Origin: a virus
Taxonomy: Duplodnaviria > Caudoviricetes
Direction: 5' to 3' (one strand)
Virus record (IMG/VR): IMGVR_UViG_2595698293_000001
Coordinates: 128,001 to 192,000 of that record
DNA length: 64,000 nucleotides
The stretch's first letter is position 1, and every line of letters starts with the position of its first letter. This document shows, piece after piece, positions 22,452 to 33,296 of this stretch. A model generated the notes under the pieces. It was not told the DNA's origin and did not search any database. It saw only the letters and a list, made by a program, of their open reading frames with translations. Both the position numbers and the translations under genes were made by a program.

Positions 22452-23411
22452 ATGAGTAGTAGTACTTTATGGACAGAAAAATATCGCCCACTTACTATGG
22501 ATGATTATGTTTCAAAAAATGACGCCCTTCGTCAAAAGATGGAAGAATGGATCCGTACTGGTGATATTCCACATATTGGTTTTTTTGGTCCAGCAGGAAC
22601 TGGTAAAACGAGTGCGATTGGTGTTTTACTGAATGGATTGGAACAAAACGGTCACATTGATATGGGTGATGTGACTATTCTTAATATGAGTTCAGAAGGT
22701 ATGGATGCTATTCGTGAAAAAATCGAAAGCACAGCACAGTTATCATGTTATGGAAGATACAGGATTTTTGTTCTCGAAGAGTTTGAAACTACTTCACAGC
22801 GTTCACAAGGTTCAATGAAACGTATTATGGAAGATTATCATGAAACTTCTCGTTTCATCATTACCAGTAATGAACCACATAAAATCCAAAAACCTATCAT
22901 CTCCCGATTACAAGTAATTAATATCGAAAAACATGATATTGACCAATTCATGACGCGAGTACTCGATATCCTTATCAAAGAAGGTGTTGAACTTGATACA
23001 GAAGAAAGTATTAATACAGTACAGGAATACATCAAAGCATCATACCCAGATTTTCGTAAAACACTAAATGTATTGCAACAAAATGTCATTAATGGTAAAC
23101 TTGTCCACATGGAAGATAGTATTGAATCTTCTGCAACGTACAGAACCGAGATAGTAGAAGCACTGAAAAACGGTACTATTCGTGCTATGCGTGAAAAAAT
23201 TGTACAAAGTATTCCAGAAGATGAGATGGATGCATTCTTTTCTTATCTGTACCGTAATGCTGAAATGTTCAGTACTGAGCCTGTTACTTTGATGAAAATT
23301 AAAGTAAAAATTCGTGATGCGGTTGTTAAACAAGCCACAGTATCAGACCGAGAAATGAATCTAAGTGCTCTACTTTGTGAAATAGATTTAATCTGTTCAG
23401 GAAATATGTAA
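22452..23411 (+). CDS. Clamp loader AAA+ subunit (RFC/T4 gp44-like)
   Basis: LWTEKYRP, GPAGTGKT, SRFIITSN, ISRL, YPDFRK. Confidence 0.92.
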   Translation: MSSSTLWTEKYRPLTMDDYVSKNDALRQKMEEWIRTGDIPHIGFFGPAGTGKTSAIGVLLNGLEQNGHIDMGDVTILNMSSEGMDAIREKIESTAQLSCYGRYRIFVLEEFETTSQRSQGSMKRIMEDYHETSRFIITSNEPHKIQKPIISRLQVINIEKHDIDQFMTRVLDILIKEGVELDTEESINTVQEYIKASYPDFRKTLNVLQQNVINGKLVHMEDSIESSATYRTEIVEALKNGTIRAMREKIVQSIPEDEMDAFFSYLYRNAEMFSTEPVTLMKIKVKIRDAVVKQATVSDREMNLSALLCEIDLICSGNM

Positions 23412-23412
23412 A

Positions 23413-24036
23413 ATGAATAAGCAAGATTGTCTTGTATTTGATTGCGATGAAGTTCTTCTTAATCACTTAGGAGCTTTTCGCTCCTTTGTTTTTGAACATT
23501 ACAATATCACACCAAATACTGAATACCCCGTTGAATATGATTTGGGATCGTGGTTTGATGTTTCTAACACTGAAATTAACGAAATGATCAAACACTTCAA
23601 TGAACGATCTTATCAATTCGGATTACTCGAACCACTACAGCACAATACTGTAGAAGTAATGCATGAATTGCGAAGAGAATTCCCTAATAAAAAAATTGTA
23701 GTATTAACTAAATCAGGCACTGGCGGTCATGGTGAAGTACTTAGAAAAGTAAATTTAATTAATGCCTTCGGGTATATATTCGATGACATTATTATAATTG
23801 AAATGTATGAATCCAAAAAAAGTGCACTATATCAATTACAACAAAAATATAATGTAAAATTTTTGGTTGATGATTATATTAAAAATATCAAGGATGCTAT
23901 GCAATTGGAAATTCGTGGTATTATGCTTAAATCCACATATAATGAAATTTATAGTACCAGTACTGAATTTGATTATGTAAATAACTGGAGTGAGCTTAGA
24001 TTAAAAATATACGAAATTTTGAACAGTAGTAAATAG
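23413..24036 (+). CDS. HAD-family 5'(3')-deoxyribonucleotidase-like protein
   Basis: FDCDEVL motif I and LVDDY motif IV. Confidence 0.75.
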   Translation: MNKQDCLVFDCDEVLLNHLGAFRSFVFEHYNITPNTEYPVEYDLGSWFDVSNTEINEMIKHFNERSYQFGLLEPLQHNTVEVMHELRREFPNKKIVVLTKSGTGGHGEVLRKVNLINAFGYIFDDIIIIEMYESKKSALYQLQQKYNVKFLVDDYIKNIKDAMQLEIRGIMLKSTYNEIYSTSTEFDYVNNWSELRLKIYEILNSSK

Positions 24037-24073
24037 TATATATGATTGTAGATTTATAAAGGAATATAAAATT

Positions 24074-24619
24074 ATGCAAAACCCACAATCTACTATACAA
24101 CAGTTATATGATAATCAGGGAATGTTGGATATTCTTATTGCTATTGAAAAATATTTTGAAGATAATGATTTATATGCATATAAAGATATCCAAAGTGGTG
24201 AAATCGTTGAAGGCCCAAATATTGAAAAATACTGGGTGGAAATTGTACTGAAATATTATCGTGAAAATTTTCCAGATCCAGCCGCATTTAAAATTCTGGA
24301 ACGTCATGGTACTAAAGTTAAAGTTAAAGGTGATTATGAAATTCACCCAATTGAACACCCACGTTCCCGTAGAGATATGGAGCAAGTTCCTGCACAAAAT
24401 GGTACTGTTTCTATGCCTAAAGAAGAACGAGTACCAGTACTTTTAGTTAGAGTTCAAATTCCACGAAGTGTTATTAATCCAGAAAGCTTTGATGAATACA
24501 AACTAAGTATTGCTGAATTAAATAAATCTCAAATTCAGGATGTATCAGAATTTGAATCTGATGTGGAACAAGATGCTCCGGTGTCAGATGATGAACAATC
24601 AAATGCCGGGGGTATGTAA
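24074..24619 (+). CDS. Hypothetical protein (probably late)
   Basis: GEIVEGP.IEKYWV..PDP pattern; TAAATA upstream. Confidence 0.7.
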   Translation: MQNPQSTIQQLYDNQGMLDILIAIEKYFEDNDLYAYKDIQSGEIVEGPNIEKYWVEIVLKYYRENFPDPAAFKILERHGTKVKVKGDYEIHPIEHPRSRRDMEQVPAQNGTVSMPKEERVPVLLVRVQIPRSVINPESFDEYKLSIAELNKSQIQDVSEFESDVEQDAPVSDDEQSNAGGM

Positions 24620-25296
24620 TGAAAGAACAACTAAATGAACAAGGACTGCGACCAAATATTCTTCATGATTTGGTATATCCAATTATTAGTATAGATGAAT
24701 ATGAACCTAAAATTAATCAAGATAATATCGTGGTTATGTTTCAGGTATTGAATAATTATGATGCAGCATATGATTTATCTTCTTTTATTGAGAAGACAAG
24801 CAAAAATGCCATTGATACTGAAGCAGCGGAAACGCCTAATCTTGATGGTCGTTATACTGTATTTGTCGAGATGCCACGAAATGTTGAATTTCCAGAAGCA
24901 TTGTATGATATGATCGTTAATATTCAAAATCTGTGTCCAGATCCGAGTTGGAAATTACAGTTATATGGGGTTAATGATCCAATTGATTTGGATGTAAAGG
25001 AAATCACCAAACTGATTAATTTGAGTTCACCTGAGAGTATTAAAGAATTTTTAGATGTAGAAGACGTAAAAATACTAAATGAGGGTGTTTTACAAATTTC
25101 AGTACACAATAAGGATTTGTATTATAGTACTGCATCTGCATTTGGTTCGGAAGATTATGTAAAAAAACTTCTTTCCGAGAATGTTGATATTGATAACACA
25201 CCTTTATCTAATTATCTGAGTACTGATTTTACTGTTGTTAGAAGTAATGACAAGTACATTGTTGAAAAGAATGGGAAATATTTAATACTTAAATAG
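24619..25296 (+). CDS. Hypothetical protein
   Basis: Coupled TAATG start; ISIDEYEPK motif. Confidence 0.7.
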   Translation: MKEQLNEQGLRPNILHDLVYPIISIDEYEPKINQDNIVVMFQVLNNYDAAYDLSSFIEKTSKNAIDTEAAETPNLDGRYTVFVEMPRNVEFPEALYDMIVNIQNLCPDPSWKLQLYGVNDPIDLDVKEITKLINLSSPESIKEFLDVEDVKILNEGVLQISVHNKDLYYSTASAFGSEDYVKKLLSENVDIDNTPLSNYLSTDFTVVRSNDKYIVEKNGKYLILK

Positions 25297-25307
25297 GGAT
25301 TTATTGT

Positions 25308-26123
25308 ATGAGAGTATTGAAATATGTACAAGCATTACACCAGAATACTAAAATTGATGAATTCAAAAAAGAAAACGTCAAGAAACATGACAACAAAGAT
25401 ATAGCTATTAGGATGTATCTTCGTCGATTTGAGGTTAATCGAATTGGAAAAAACTGGAGTGGTGAAGTAAGAGAAGATTTGGATACTGATGCAATACTAA
25501 AATCATATCTAGCCCGAAAAATTTACATCAACGAAAAGAGAATTTATATAGATCACTATCGTGAAATGGAAGAAAAGTTCACCGCTGGGTTATGGAAAAT
25601 CTGGAGTATTGAACAATTTGGACACGAAGTACCTGAATTGAATGTACCAACTACATTCGAAGAATTACATAATATTTTAGTTAACAAAAATATTCATGAT
25701 AAATTTTCTTTGAAAGATACTATAGATTTAGCATTGACACACAGTATGCTACATGGATACAATGGTTTCTTCGAAACGTTTGATGAATTCGATTTACTAT
25801 GTGCACTACCAGGAGAGAAAAGTTGGACTTTGAGTCAAACATTTTCTCAAAAAAGCGATAACCGAAAACTGAGTCCACAACGCTGTATTCAAGTTGCTAT
25901 TGCTATGTATAAACTGGACTATCTGAATTGTTCAGAACCATATCCACACTTCTGGAAGCAAAAAGCAATGGAATGTATGAACTATGCTTTGTGTAATATG
26001 GAAAAAAGTTATGAAATAAAATTCAGGAACGCAACTGTATACGACAATCCTGAAATTTGTGAGAACCCAGACAGATACCCTCCACCAAAACCAATAGCTG
26101 AATACATCAAAAAAAGGACGTGA
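25308..26123 (+). CDS. Hypothetical protein
   Basis: 271-aa ORF followed by a terminator at 26110-26137. Confidence 0.7.
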   Translation: MRVLKYVQALHQNTKIDEFKKENVKKHDNKDIAIRMYLRRFEVNRIGKNWSGEVREDLDTDAILKSYLARKIYINEKRIYIDHYREMEEKFTAGLWKIWSIEQFGHEVPELNVPTTFEELHNILVNKNIHDKFSLKDTIDLALTHSMLHGYNGFFETFDEFDLLCALPGEKSWTLSQTFSQKSDNRKLSPQRCIQVAIAMYKLDYLNCSEPYPHFWKQKAMECMNYALCNMEKSYEIKFRNATVYDNPEICENPDRYPPPKPIAEYIKKRT

Positions 26124-26206
26124 AAACGTCCTTTTTTATTTGACAAATCATTTCAAAAGAGTTATAGTACTGAAAATGTTTAATTGAATAGGACGGATAA
26201 ACCCAA

Positions 26207-27322
26207 ATGAAAGGTAAATTTTTCTTCAAAGAAAAAGGTAAAGAAATCGAAATCCAGGAGTTTGATTTCGAATACGTTCTTAATTCTTTGTGTAAAGAAT
26301 ATAATCGCCATTCCAACAAAGAGTATTGCTATACTGTGATTGTTAGTAGAACTTATAATTCTCTTGGGGAACCAGTTTTTGATGTTCGCACATTAAATTT
26401 AAAAGAAATTTATTACGACAATGTTCGTTTGTGTGTATATGATCTCATGATGGACAAAATTGCATTTCGCCGTCCAGAAATCAAAAACTTACCAGTTCCT
26501 GCATTACAGAAAGAATACCAGGAATGGAAAGAAGGTAAAGTTAAAAAATCTAGTACGCCAGTTGTTGTCGATATTCCTTTTAAAGAACTAAAACGTACTG
26601 AAATCTCCAGTAACGATCATCGTATTCCAGATATTATGTCACAATTTAATGTGGATAGTTCTAAAGCATTAAAAGTACTGGACTGGATTGTTAATCTTCC
26701 AGTATGTACACAAGAAGTGACAATTAAAGTTCAAAACATCAGTACAAGACAACTGGAACTCAATGATGCATTACAACAACACAGTGAATATATTCATAAA
26801 CTAATGAATAACTTAACATCTGCGTTAGAAACATTATTTCCATTAAAGCCAACATTTACTCAGAAGTTATTTGGTAAACAACCAGTTATTAAAATAGAAC
26901 AATCTGATTTAAAAAATGTGATGGATACATTGAAGAAAGCAGTACAGTATGACACCACTAAGTTTAATGGTATTGATACTATGTTTTCTTCTTTAATTAG
27001 TGATATTCGTGCAATGCAGGATGAGTTTGGTACAGCAGAAAATGCATGTGATTTTGCTATCAGTACATTAGAAGATAACTTTGAATTTGAATTAATGAAA
27101 AATCGCATTCTGAAAATGTCGATTACTAATACATCATCAGAAGCTGCACTAATTGGGTTCAATAAGAAATACAGAATAGATGTGGATCAAATGGTTGATA
27201 TTCAAACAACAACGATTCCATGGATTATCATGCGTTTGCAGAATCAGGTAGGACAAACTGTTGATTCTGAAACAGTTGATATTCTTAAAAATTTGGCATA
27301 CGGTAAAAAAGATGACAAATAA
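26207..27322 (+). CDS. Coiled-coil protein, possibly TelA/XpaC-related
   Basis: Helical C-terminal half with FTQKLFGK and TTIP.W pattern parallel to the downstream TelA-like gene. Confidence 0.55.
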   Translation: MKGKFFFKEKGKEIEIQEFDFEYVLNSLCKEYNRHSNKEYCYTVIVSRTYNSLGEPVFDVRTLNLKEIYYDNVRLCVYDLMMDKIAFRRPEIKNLPVPALQKEYQEWKEGKVKKSSTPVVVDIPFKELKRTEISSNDHRIPDIMSQFNVDSSKALKVLDWIVNLPVCTQEVTIKVQNISTRQLELNDALQQHSEYIHKLMNNLTSALETLFPLKPTFTQKLFGKQPVIKIEQSDLKNVMDTLKKAVQYDTTKFNGIDTMFSSLISDIRAMQDEFGTAENACDFAISTLEDNFEFELMKNRILKMSITNTSSEAALIGFNKKYRIDVDQMVDIQTTTIPWIIMRLQNQVGQTVDSETVDILKNLAYGKKDDK

Positions 27323-27325
27323 CGG

Positions 27326-27353
27326 TTGACACAGTAGCAGAGTGCTGTATAAT
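27326..27353 (+). promoter_or_regulatory. Sigma70 consensus promoter
   Basis: TTGACA-N16-TATAAT. Confidence 0.7.
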
Positions 27354-27414
27354 CTTTTATATCGAAACAACATACAGCACTTAAAACTTTTAATTCACCG
27401 AAGGAAACATTACA

Positions 27415-28542
27415 ATGTCCGAGAAAGAAATTAATCCCACTAAAGCAACCAAGAAAACTAACACTAAAACGCGTAAAGCTCTAGCTATGGATGATTCTAT
27501 CCTGGAAACTCCAAAAAAGAATCTACCGTCAAATGTTGCTTTGCGTGATACCAAAGGTACTCAACTCGCATTAACTATTGAAAACATCAATAGCATTGGT
27601 ACTGTAACTGGTACTAAAGTTGCTGCATTAAGCAATGACATTCTAACTAAAGTCAATGCAAGTGATACCAGTACTGAATTTGGTAAATCAGTATCCACTA
27701 TTCTGAATCTTACTCGTTCAGTTGATATTGAATCACTTGTACAGGACAAAAGCCTTATCGGTTGGTTGCGTTCTAAATTTGTTGATGTTAAACAAAAAGT
27801 AGGCGATCAGTACAAAAATAGTAAAGAACAAATTGATGAAATTCTTACAACCATGGAACGCGGTATTATCCGCCAACAAGGTGAGCAGACGTGGCTGGAA
27901 AATTCCTATAATGAAAGTAAGAACTATCTCTTTGAATTACGTGATTCACTTGATAATTTGCTTGAAGTAACTGCTGAACAACAATCTATTCTTACTGAAT
28001 ACCAGAAAGATGAAAATGTTGATGTATATGTTATTCAAGATCAAAAAGCAATCGTGGATGCATTGGAACGTCAGGTTGATACCGTCCGTCGACTGATTCT
28101 GATGGTGGAAATTAATATTCCACAGATCGCGGCGATGAAGAAAGTGAATCTCAGTACTATCTCAAAATTCCATGATATGAAAACTATCATGATTCCGAGT
28201 TGGACTACTACTCTTAGTCAGAACTTGATCAGTGACCGCCAGAAAAAAGATCAAGAACTTACTGAATTGTTGGCTAATGAAACAAACCGTATGTTGCGTG
28301 TGGGAAGTGAAATGGTTGGTAAGAATATGATCGCGGCAGCTAAAGCAGCAGGTCGAGGTGTAGTTGATGTTGAAACTCTTCGTATTGCACAGAAAAACAT
28401 CGTCGATGGTATGACTCAAGTTATTCATGAAGAGAAGAAACTGAAAGAAGAACGTGCTAATGCTGCAATTGAAATGAGTAAAATGTCACTTGAGTTAAAA
28501 GAAACTCTTCGTGATATTGCAGAGAAATCCGGTAAAATCTAA
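27415..28542 (+). CDS. Toxic anion resistance (TelA-like) protein
   Basis: Long coiled coil; QIDEI, IPQI, IPSW, GVVDVETL motifs of the TelA family. Confidence 0.75.
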   Translation: MSEKEINPTKATKKTNTKTRKALAMDDSILETPKKNLPSNVALRDTKGTQLALTIENINSIGTVTGTKVAALSNDILTKVNASDTSTEFGKSVSTILNLTRSVDIESLVQDKSLIGWLRSKFVDVKQKVGDQYKNSKEQIDEILTTMERGIIRQQGEQTWLENSYNESKNYLFELRDSLDNLLEVTAEQQSILTEYQKDENVDVYVIQDQKAIVDALERQVDTVRRLILMVEINIPQIAAMKKVNLSTISKFHDMKTIMIPSWTTTLSQNLISDRQKKDQELTELLANETNRMLRVGSEMVGKNMIAAAKAAGRGVVDVETLRIAQKNIVDGMTQVIHEEKKLKEERANAAIEMSKMSLELKETLRDIAEKSGKI

Positions 28543-28610
28543 TATACAATCATACTCACAGTTAAAAAGGTTCCACTTCTGGAACCTTTTTTTAATATTG
28601 GAGGTTATTA

Positions 28611-29291
28611 ATGACAAAGTTGTTATCACTTGATATTGAATCATTTGGTGTACCTGAACGTTCTGGGTATAATATCGTAGTACCAAATTATGCGGTTGTG
28701 CTTATCCCAGATAATCCTATGCATTTAATTGAATCTTTTTCGTATGTAAAACTACCATTTCAACCACAAGTAGAAAATGGGTTAAAAGTTGATGCAGGTT
28801 CGATGGATTTTTGGTTCAATGAATGTAGGAAGTATTACCCAAATGCACTAAATGAAGTTACAAGTACTTTCAATTTAAAAGAACCTGAAGTTTATCAAGT
28901 AACAAAATCTTCTAGATTTAAATCCAATGATGTTATTTCTATGTGGAAAGACCTAAGATATAATATCTATGGTGAAGAAGAATCGTTGGAAATTTGGGGC
29001 AATGGTTGTAACTTTGATTGTAGTATTTTACAAGCAAATCATTTACTTCAATTCAATAAAGGTGACTTGTGGAATTATGCTTCACCACAAAACGCCCGTT
29101 CTTTAAAACGATTGTTAAGTGCTGAAGAGCGTGAAGAAATGGATGAAATTGTTAAAAAACAGTTATTAAAATTCACTGACTTTGCAGCAGGGCATGGTTT
29201 TAACGCACTGGAACTGCATCACCCATTATATGATGCAGCACGAGAAGCCATTCAGATTTCTTATTGCTTGAATAAAAAATCATCAAAATAA
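28611..29291 (+). CDS. DexA-like DEDDh 3'-5' exonuclease
   Basis: LDIES, IWGNGCNFD, HHPLYDA. Confidence 0.8.
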   Translation: MTKLLSLDIESFGVPERSGYNIVVPNYAVVLIPDNPMHLIESFSYVKLPFQPQVENGLKVDAGSMDFWFNECRKYYPNALNEVTSTFNLKEPEVYQVTKSSRFKSNDVISMWKDLRYNIYGEEESLEIWGNGCNFDCSILQANHLLQFNKGDLWNYASPQNARSLKRLLSAEEREEMDEIVKKQLLKFTDFAAGHGFNALELHHPLYDAAREAIQISYCLNKKSSK

Positions 29292-29356
29292 AAGTTGAAA
29301 AAATTTTGAATACAGGATATACTAGTTATATCCTTTTTAATTTAAGAGATGATCAA

Positions 29357-30454
29357 ATGTTAAGTTATGTCATTTTGTTACTACCTGCACTTATTGTTAT
29401 GTTTGTGATGAAATACATTTATAACAAAGAAATTAGTACTAAAGAATTTTTGATTCATGGGGCTATTTGTATTATTAGTGCAACTGTTGTATTGGCACTT
29501 TCTTATGCAATAAATTACGCTTCATTGACTGATACCCAGATTTTAAATGGTAAAGTACTAAGTAAGAACAAACACGTTGAGACTTGTACTCAATATAGCT
29601 CGTGTGAGCATTATTATGTAAAAGAAAAATGTCATTATTACACAGATAGTAAAGGAAAACGTCACAAAAGTTGTGAAACATATAAAGTGTTTGATTATCC
29701 GTATGAAGTTGACTGGTATGTCAATACCAGTGTGGGTGACTTCAAAATTAAACGAGTCAACCGACAAGGTACTACAACACCAAATAGATGGTCAGTTGTT
29801 AAAATAAATGATTATGCAAGTAATACTTCATATTATATAAATTATCTTCTTTCTGATAAAAATTCATTATTCAGTACTGAAAATGATATCAAAAATTACA
29901 GCGAAAAATATTTGAATTCTCTACCAGAATATCCTGAAATTTTTGATTATTATCATACTGAACATGTAATCAATACAACAAAAGCAGATGTTTCTGGTTT
30001 TGATGAATACATTAAAGATGAACTGAAAGATTTGGGATCATCTAAACAAGTAAACATTGAAATATTAATTTATGATTACAAAGATGTTGACTTTGTTGAT
30101 GCAGTATTGTTAAAATGGAAGGGTGGTAAGAAAAATGATGTTATCATGTTCTTTGGTATTGATGAAAATTCAATTGTAAAATCTTTCGTAAGTACATCTT
30201 TCGCCAAAGGGGTTGGTAATGAAGAATTACATTCCAAAATGAGAATTGATGCATTACAAGAGAAATTAAATCTTGACTTAATCAAGAAAGAAGTACATAA
30301 TATCAGTACAAAGTTCGTAAGACAACCAAATGAAAACTTTTCTTATCTAGCAACAAAACTGGAACCAAGAAAAGATGTGATGATTTTGGTGTCTATTCTA
30401 CTGTTAATTCTGTCCTATTTCGTTGGACTATATATGAGAGATAATGAAGTATGA
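29357..30454 (+). CDS. Membrane protein with large extracytoplasmic domain
   Basis: Two N-terminal TMs, Cys-rich segment, W.GGKKND motif, C-terminal TM. Confidence 0.7.
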   Translation: MLSYVILLLPALIVMFVMKYIYNKEISTKEFLIHGAICIISATVVLALSYAINYASLTDTQILNGKVLSKNKHVETCTQYSSCEHYYVKEKCHYYTDSKGKRHKSCETYKVFDYPYEVDWYVNTSVGDFKIKRVNRQGTTTPNRWSVVKINDYASNTSYYINYLLSDKNSLFSTENDIKNYSEKYLNSLPEYPEIFDYYHTEHVINTTKADVSGFDEYIKDELKDLGSSKQVNIEILIYDYKDVDFVDAVLLKWKGGKKNDVIMFFGIDENSIVKSFVSTSFAKGVGNEELHSKMRIDALQEKLNLDLIKKEVHNISTKFVRQPNENFSYLATKLEPRKDVMILVSILLLILSYFVGLYMRDNEV

Positions 30455-31005
30455 ATAAAAATCTAATTGCTGTTTGTGCTGGACTGGTTTTAATCTTTTT
30501 GTGTGCAGTAGGTTATGTATCGATGTATAGTTCTGCTCATGATACTGCTGTGTCATTTGAAGAGAATATTAAAAAGTATTATGATGCTAGTGAATCACAA
30601 TTGAGTACATATACACTGACTATTCAGGAAAAAGTACAAATTTCCGACAAATATAAAGATGGCCTGAAAGAAGTAATTGAATCATATTTCAAAGGTCGTG
30701 AAGGTGCAGATCAAAACTTTGTAATGTCATATGTTCAACAGCATGTCCCAAATCTTGATCCTAAAATGTATCAAGAACTAATGGTGACGATTGATTCAGG
30801 GCGAGAGAAGTTTAACAATCTTCAGAAAATGAAAATTGAACAATGTACTGAATATGGTAAATTCAGAAAAGGATTCTGGAATTCCAAAATTCTGGATAAG
30901 GATGTATTCCCAGGTAAAGATATTGAACATTACTGTGCAGTGGTATCCGATACACGTACCAAGAATGCAATGAAAACTGGAGTACAAGAAGTTATTAAAT
31001 TATAA
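30451..31005 (+). CDS. Membrane-anchored protein, LemA-like partner of the upstream gene
   Basis: N-terminal TM followed by helical bundle; start overlaps upstream stop. Confidence 0.6.
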   Translation: MNKNLIAVCAGLVLIFLCAVGYVSMYSSAHDTAVSFEENIKKYYDASESQLSTYTLTIQEKVQISDKYKDGLKEVIESYFKGREGADQNFVMSYVQQHVPNLDPKMYQELMVTIDSGREKFNNLQKMKIEQCTEYGKFRKGFWNSKILDKDVFPGKDIEHYCAVVSDTRTKNAMKTGVQEVIKL

Positions 31006-31051
31006 TTTGAAGGGGAGACGAAAGTCTTCCCTTTTCTTGTTAGGTGAATAT

Positions 31052-31642
31052 ATGTATCACAATGAAACAATAGAGCTATTTGAAATAATCAACTCATTTG
31101 AGCCGGAGATGTTAAAAACATTACCCAGTTATGATGTACAACACAACGGACGTTCTTTCAGTTATATTTCAACATATGCAGAATCAGAACATCCAATAAA
31201 ATACAACGAATTTACGGTTAAATGGGTAACAGAAAGGGAAGATGAAGTTGTACCAACTATTTCAGTTGGTTCTTCAACTTTAACATCATTGACTCGTACT
31301 TACAATAATGTCAGTACTGATTTATTGAATACTTGTACAGTACTTGTATCAAGTGATTTATCCAGATTGATTTCAGTACAATGGGAAATGGGCTTGAATA
31401 GCAATATGATTTACCCACAGGCTATGATTAGTTCTACAATTATTAAAAAAACAACATCTGAAATGAAATTGATGAATGCGTTGTATTTGCGAAATGAAAG
31501 TGTATTAATTAATGGTGTACTTTATGATTTAAATGCAAATGCAAATGCATTCACTGAAGATATTAGTGATGATAAATCACATTTTTCTATACTAAACGTC
31601 ATTAATTTAAGGAACATTTTTAATGAATTACGATTGGCTTGA
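31052..31642 (+). CDS. Hypothetical protein
   Basis: ORF after terminator; AGGTG SD. Confidence 0.6.
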   Translation: MYHNETIELFEIINSFEPEMLKTLPSYDVQHNGRSFSYISTYAESEHPIKYNEFTVKWVTEREDEVVPTISVGSSTLTSLTRTYNNVSTDLLNTCTVLVSSDLSRLISVQWEMGLNSNMIYPQAMISSTIIKKTTSEMKLMNALYLRNESVLINGVLYDLNANANAFTEDISDDKSHFSILNVINLRNIFNELRLA

Positions 31643-32186
31643 AACCCTTATTAACGAATCATGTAATGCACTAAAAGAATATGATATTTCAGTGTTTTTC
31701 AATCCACTATTCAATGATCACAAATTTGAATCATTTGATATAGAAAAAAGAGATAATTTTATTATCTTAAAAAATGGTATTAGTCAGAAAGAAGTCGTGA
31801 CATATAAAAAGAATTCAAGTCCTTATAATATTAGTACTGCGATAGTTGGTAGTTCTGCGATAAATGGTAATATCAATGTTTATAACAAAAATCCATTTCA
31901 TGATGATTTACCTGATTATCACAGTATTGAGTATGTAAATTACACTTATTCATTTGTTTTCAGACAAGATGGTTTCATTGGGTTTGATGTAAAGAAAAAA
32001 TCAGAAACTTTATTGAATATTATTGTTGGAAATAGTGATATTTTGATATACAATGAAAATGGTTATAACTGGTACAACAAAGAAACATTTGAAGAATTTT
32101 CATTTCAAAATTCATTAATTGAACCAAGAAAAAATTTTGATTTATTTTATATTAATTCTGTACTTAAAAATTTTAAATTAGTTTAA
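31623..32186 (+). CDS. Hypothetical protein, FFQxS-motif family member
   Basis: EEFSFQNSLIE near the C-terminus. Confidence 0.65.
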   Translation: MNYDWLETLINESCNALKEYDISVFFNPLFNDHKFESFDIEKRDNFIILKNGISQKEVVTYKKNSSPYNISTAIVGSSAINGNINVYNKNPFHDDLPDYHSIEYVNYTYSFVFRQDGFIGFDVKKKSETLLNIIVGNSDILIYNENGYNWYNKETFEEFSFQNSLIEPRKNFDLFYINSVLKNFKLV

Positions 32187-32196
32187 GGATAATAAA

Positions 32197-32559
32197 ATGT
32201 GGTATATTATTAGTGTAGTAGTACTTTCTGTTTTGGTTGGTATTGTATTACTGAAAGGTGTAACGTATACAATGTCTAAAATAGACAAGTACCAGGAAAA
32301 TTCAGTAATCGATTTGTTTATTGATTACCCAAAAAGCATCATTGCTTTTCTGTTTGTTATGGTACTGATTGGTTTTTATATGGTATCTCATCAAATTGGA
32401 GAAATGTACACTTGTGCCATCCGAAGTAGTTCACAGAATGTAGAAACCGAATATAGTTGGTATTTTGATAAATGTCGCTTCAAAAATAAAGATGGTGCAT
32501 GGGTAGATATTGATCGTTTATTGGGTATGCCTGATGGCAAAGAACATGAACAACAATGA
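32197..32559 (+). CDS. Hypothetical membrane protein
   Basis: Two TM segments. Confidence 0.65.
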   Translation: MWYIISVVVLSVLVGIVLLKGVTYTMSKIDKYQENSVIDLFIDYPKSIIAFLFVMVLIGFYMVSHQIGEMYTCAIRSSSQNVETEYSWYFDKCRFKNKDGAWVDIDRLLGMPDGKEHEQQ

Positions 32560-33070
32560 ACATAAATTCTTCATAGAGCCAGAAGATGAAATAGACTATT
32601 TTGATGCAATAGACAGTACTGAAGATGGATATACACATATCAATATATATAGTAAAGGTAAAACTAAATTAGGACGCGATTTATCTAATTTTAGTCCCTA
32701 TAGTTTTACGCTTGAACCATATGGATGGTTTCCATCAGTAGAGTCATTTTATTTCTGGTTTTTAACTGGACAAAAACACCATGAGCTACGTAAGCTCTCT
32801 GGGGCGGCAGCTAAGGCTGCCGCGGAAAAGTATACCCATGATAGGCTTGAGATGACCGATGAGCGTCTTGTTGTGATACAGGCCGCTATTTGTGCCAAGA
32901 TAGCACAGAACCCCGACTTAGCAGAGCGTTTAAAGAAAAGTACATTAGCTTTTAAGCATTATTATTGCTATGGTACTAAAGTAATAAACGTGGAAGATGA
33001 ACATGGGTGGTTTGTTCAAACAATCGAAGATATAAGGACTGTATTAAAAGAAGGAGATGAACATGAATAA
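32546..33070 (+). CDS. NADAR/YbiA-like protein
   Basis: INIYSKG...LSNF...FPSVESFY...KIAQNP.L; start codon uncertain. Confidence 0.55.
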   Translation: MNNNEHKFFIEPEDEIDYFDAIDSTEDGYTHINIYSKGKTKLGRDLSNFSPYSFTLEPYGWFPSVESFYFWFLTGQKHHELRKLSGAAAKAAAEKYTHDRLEMTDERLVVIQAAICAKIAQNPDLAERLKKSTLAFKHYYCYGTKVINVEDEHGWFVQTIEDIRTVLKEGDEHE

Positions 33071-33296
33071 TACACAGTTTGAATCATTTGATATAGAGAG
33101 TATATTAAAACCAACTGATAACTGTACTGTACTTATGAATATGTACTGGATAGTCAAAGATGAAAAAGTCTTTAGATCATTACGAACTAAAGTATGGCAA
33201 TGCAATAAATTTGAGAGTGTAGTTAAACATGTAATCGAATCTTATCCTGGTTGTGAGGTTCGTTTTCTTGAATATGCTTATGTAAAGAAGGATTGA
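33063..33296 (+). CDS. Hypothetical protein
   Basis: AGGAG SD. Confidence 0.6.
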   Translation: MNNTQFESFDIESILKPTDNCTVLMNMYWIVKDEKVFRSLRTKVWQCNKFESVVKHVIESYPGCEVRFLEYAYVKKD

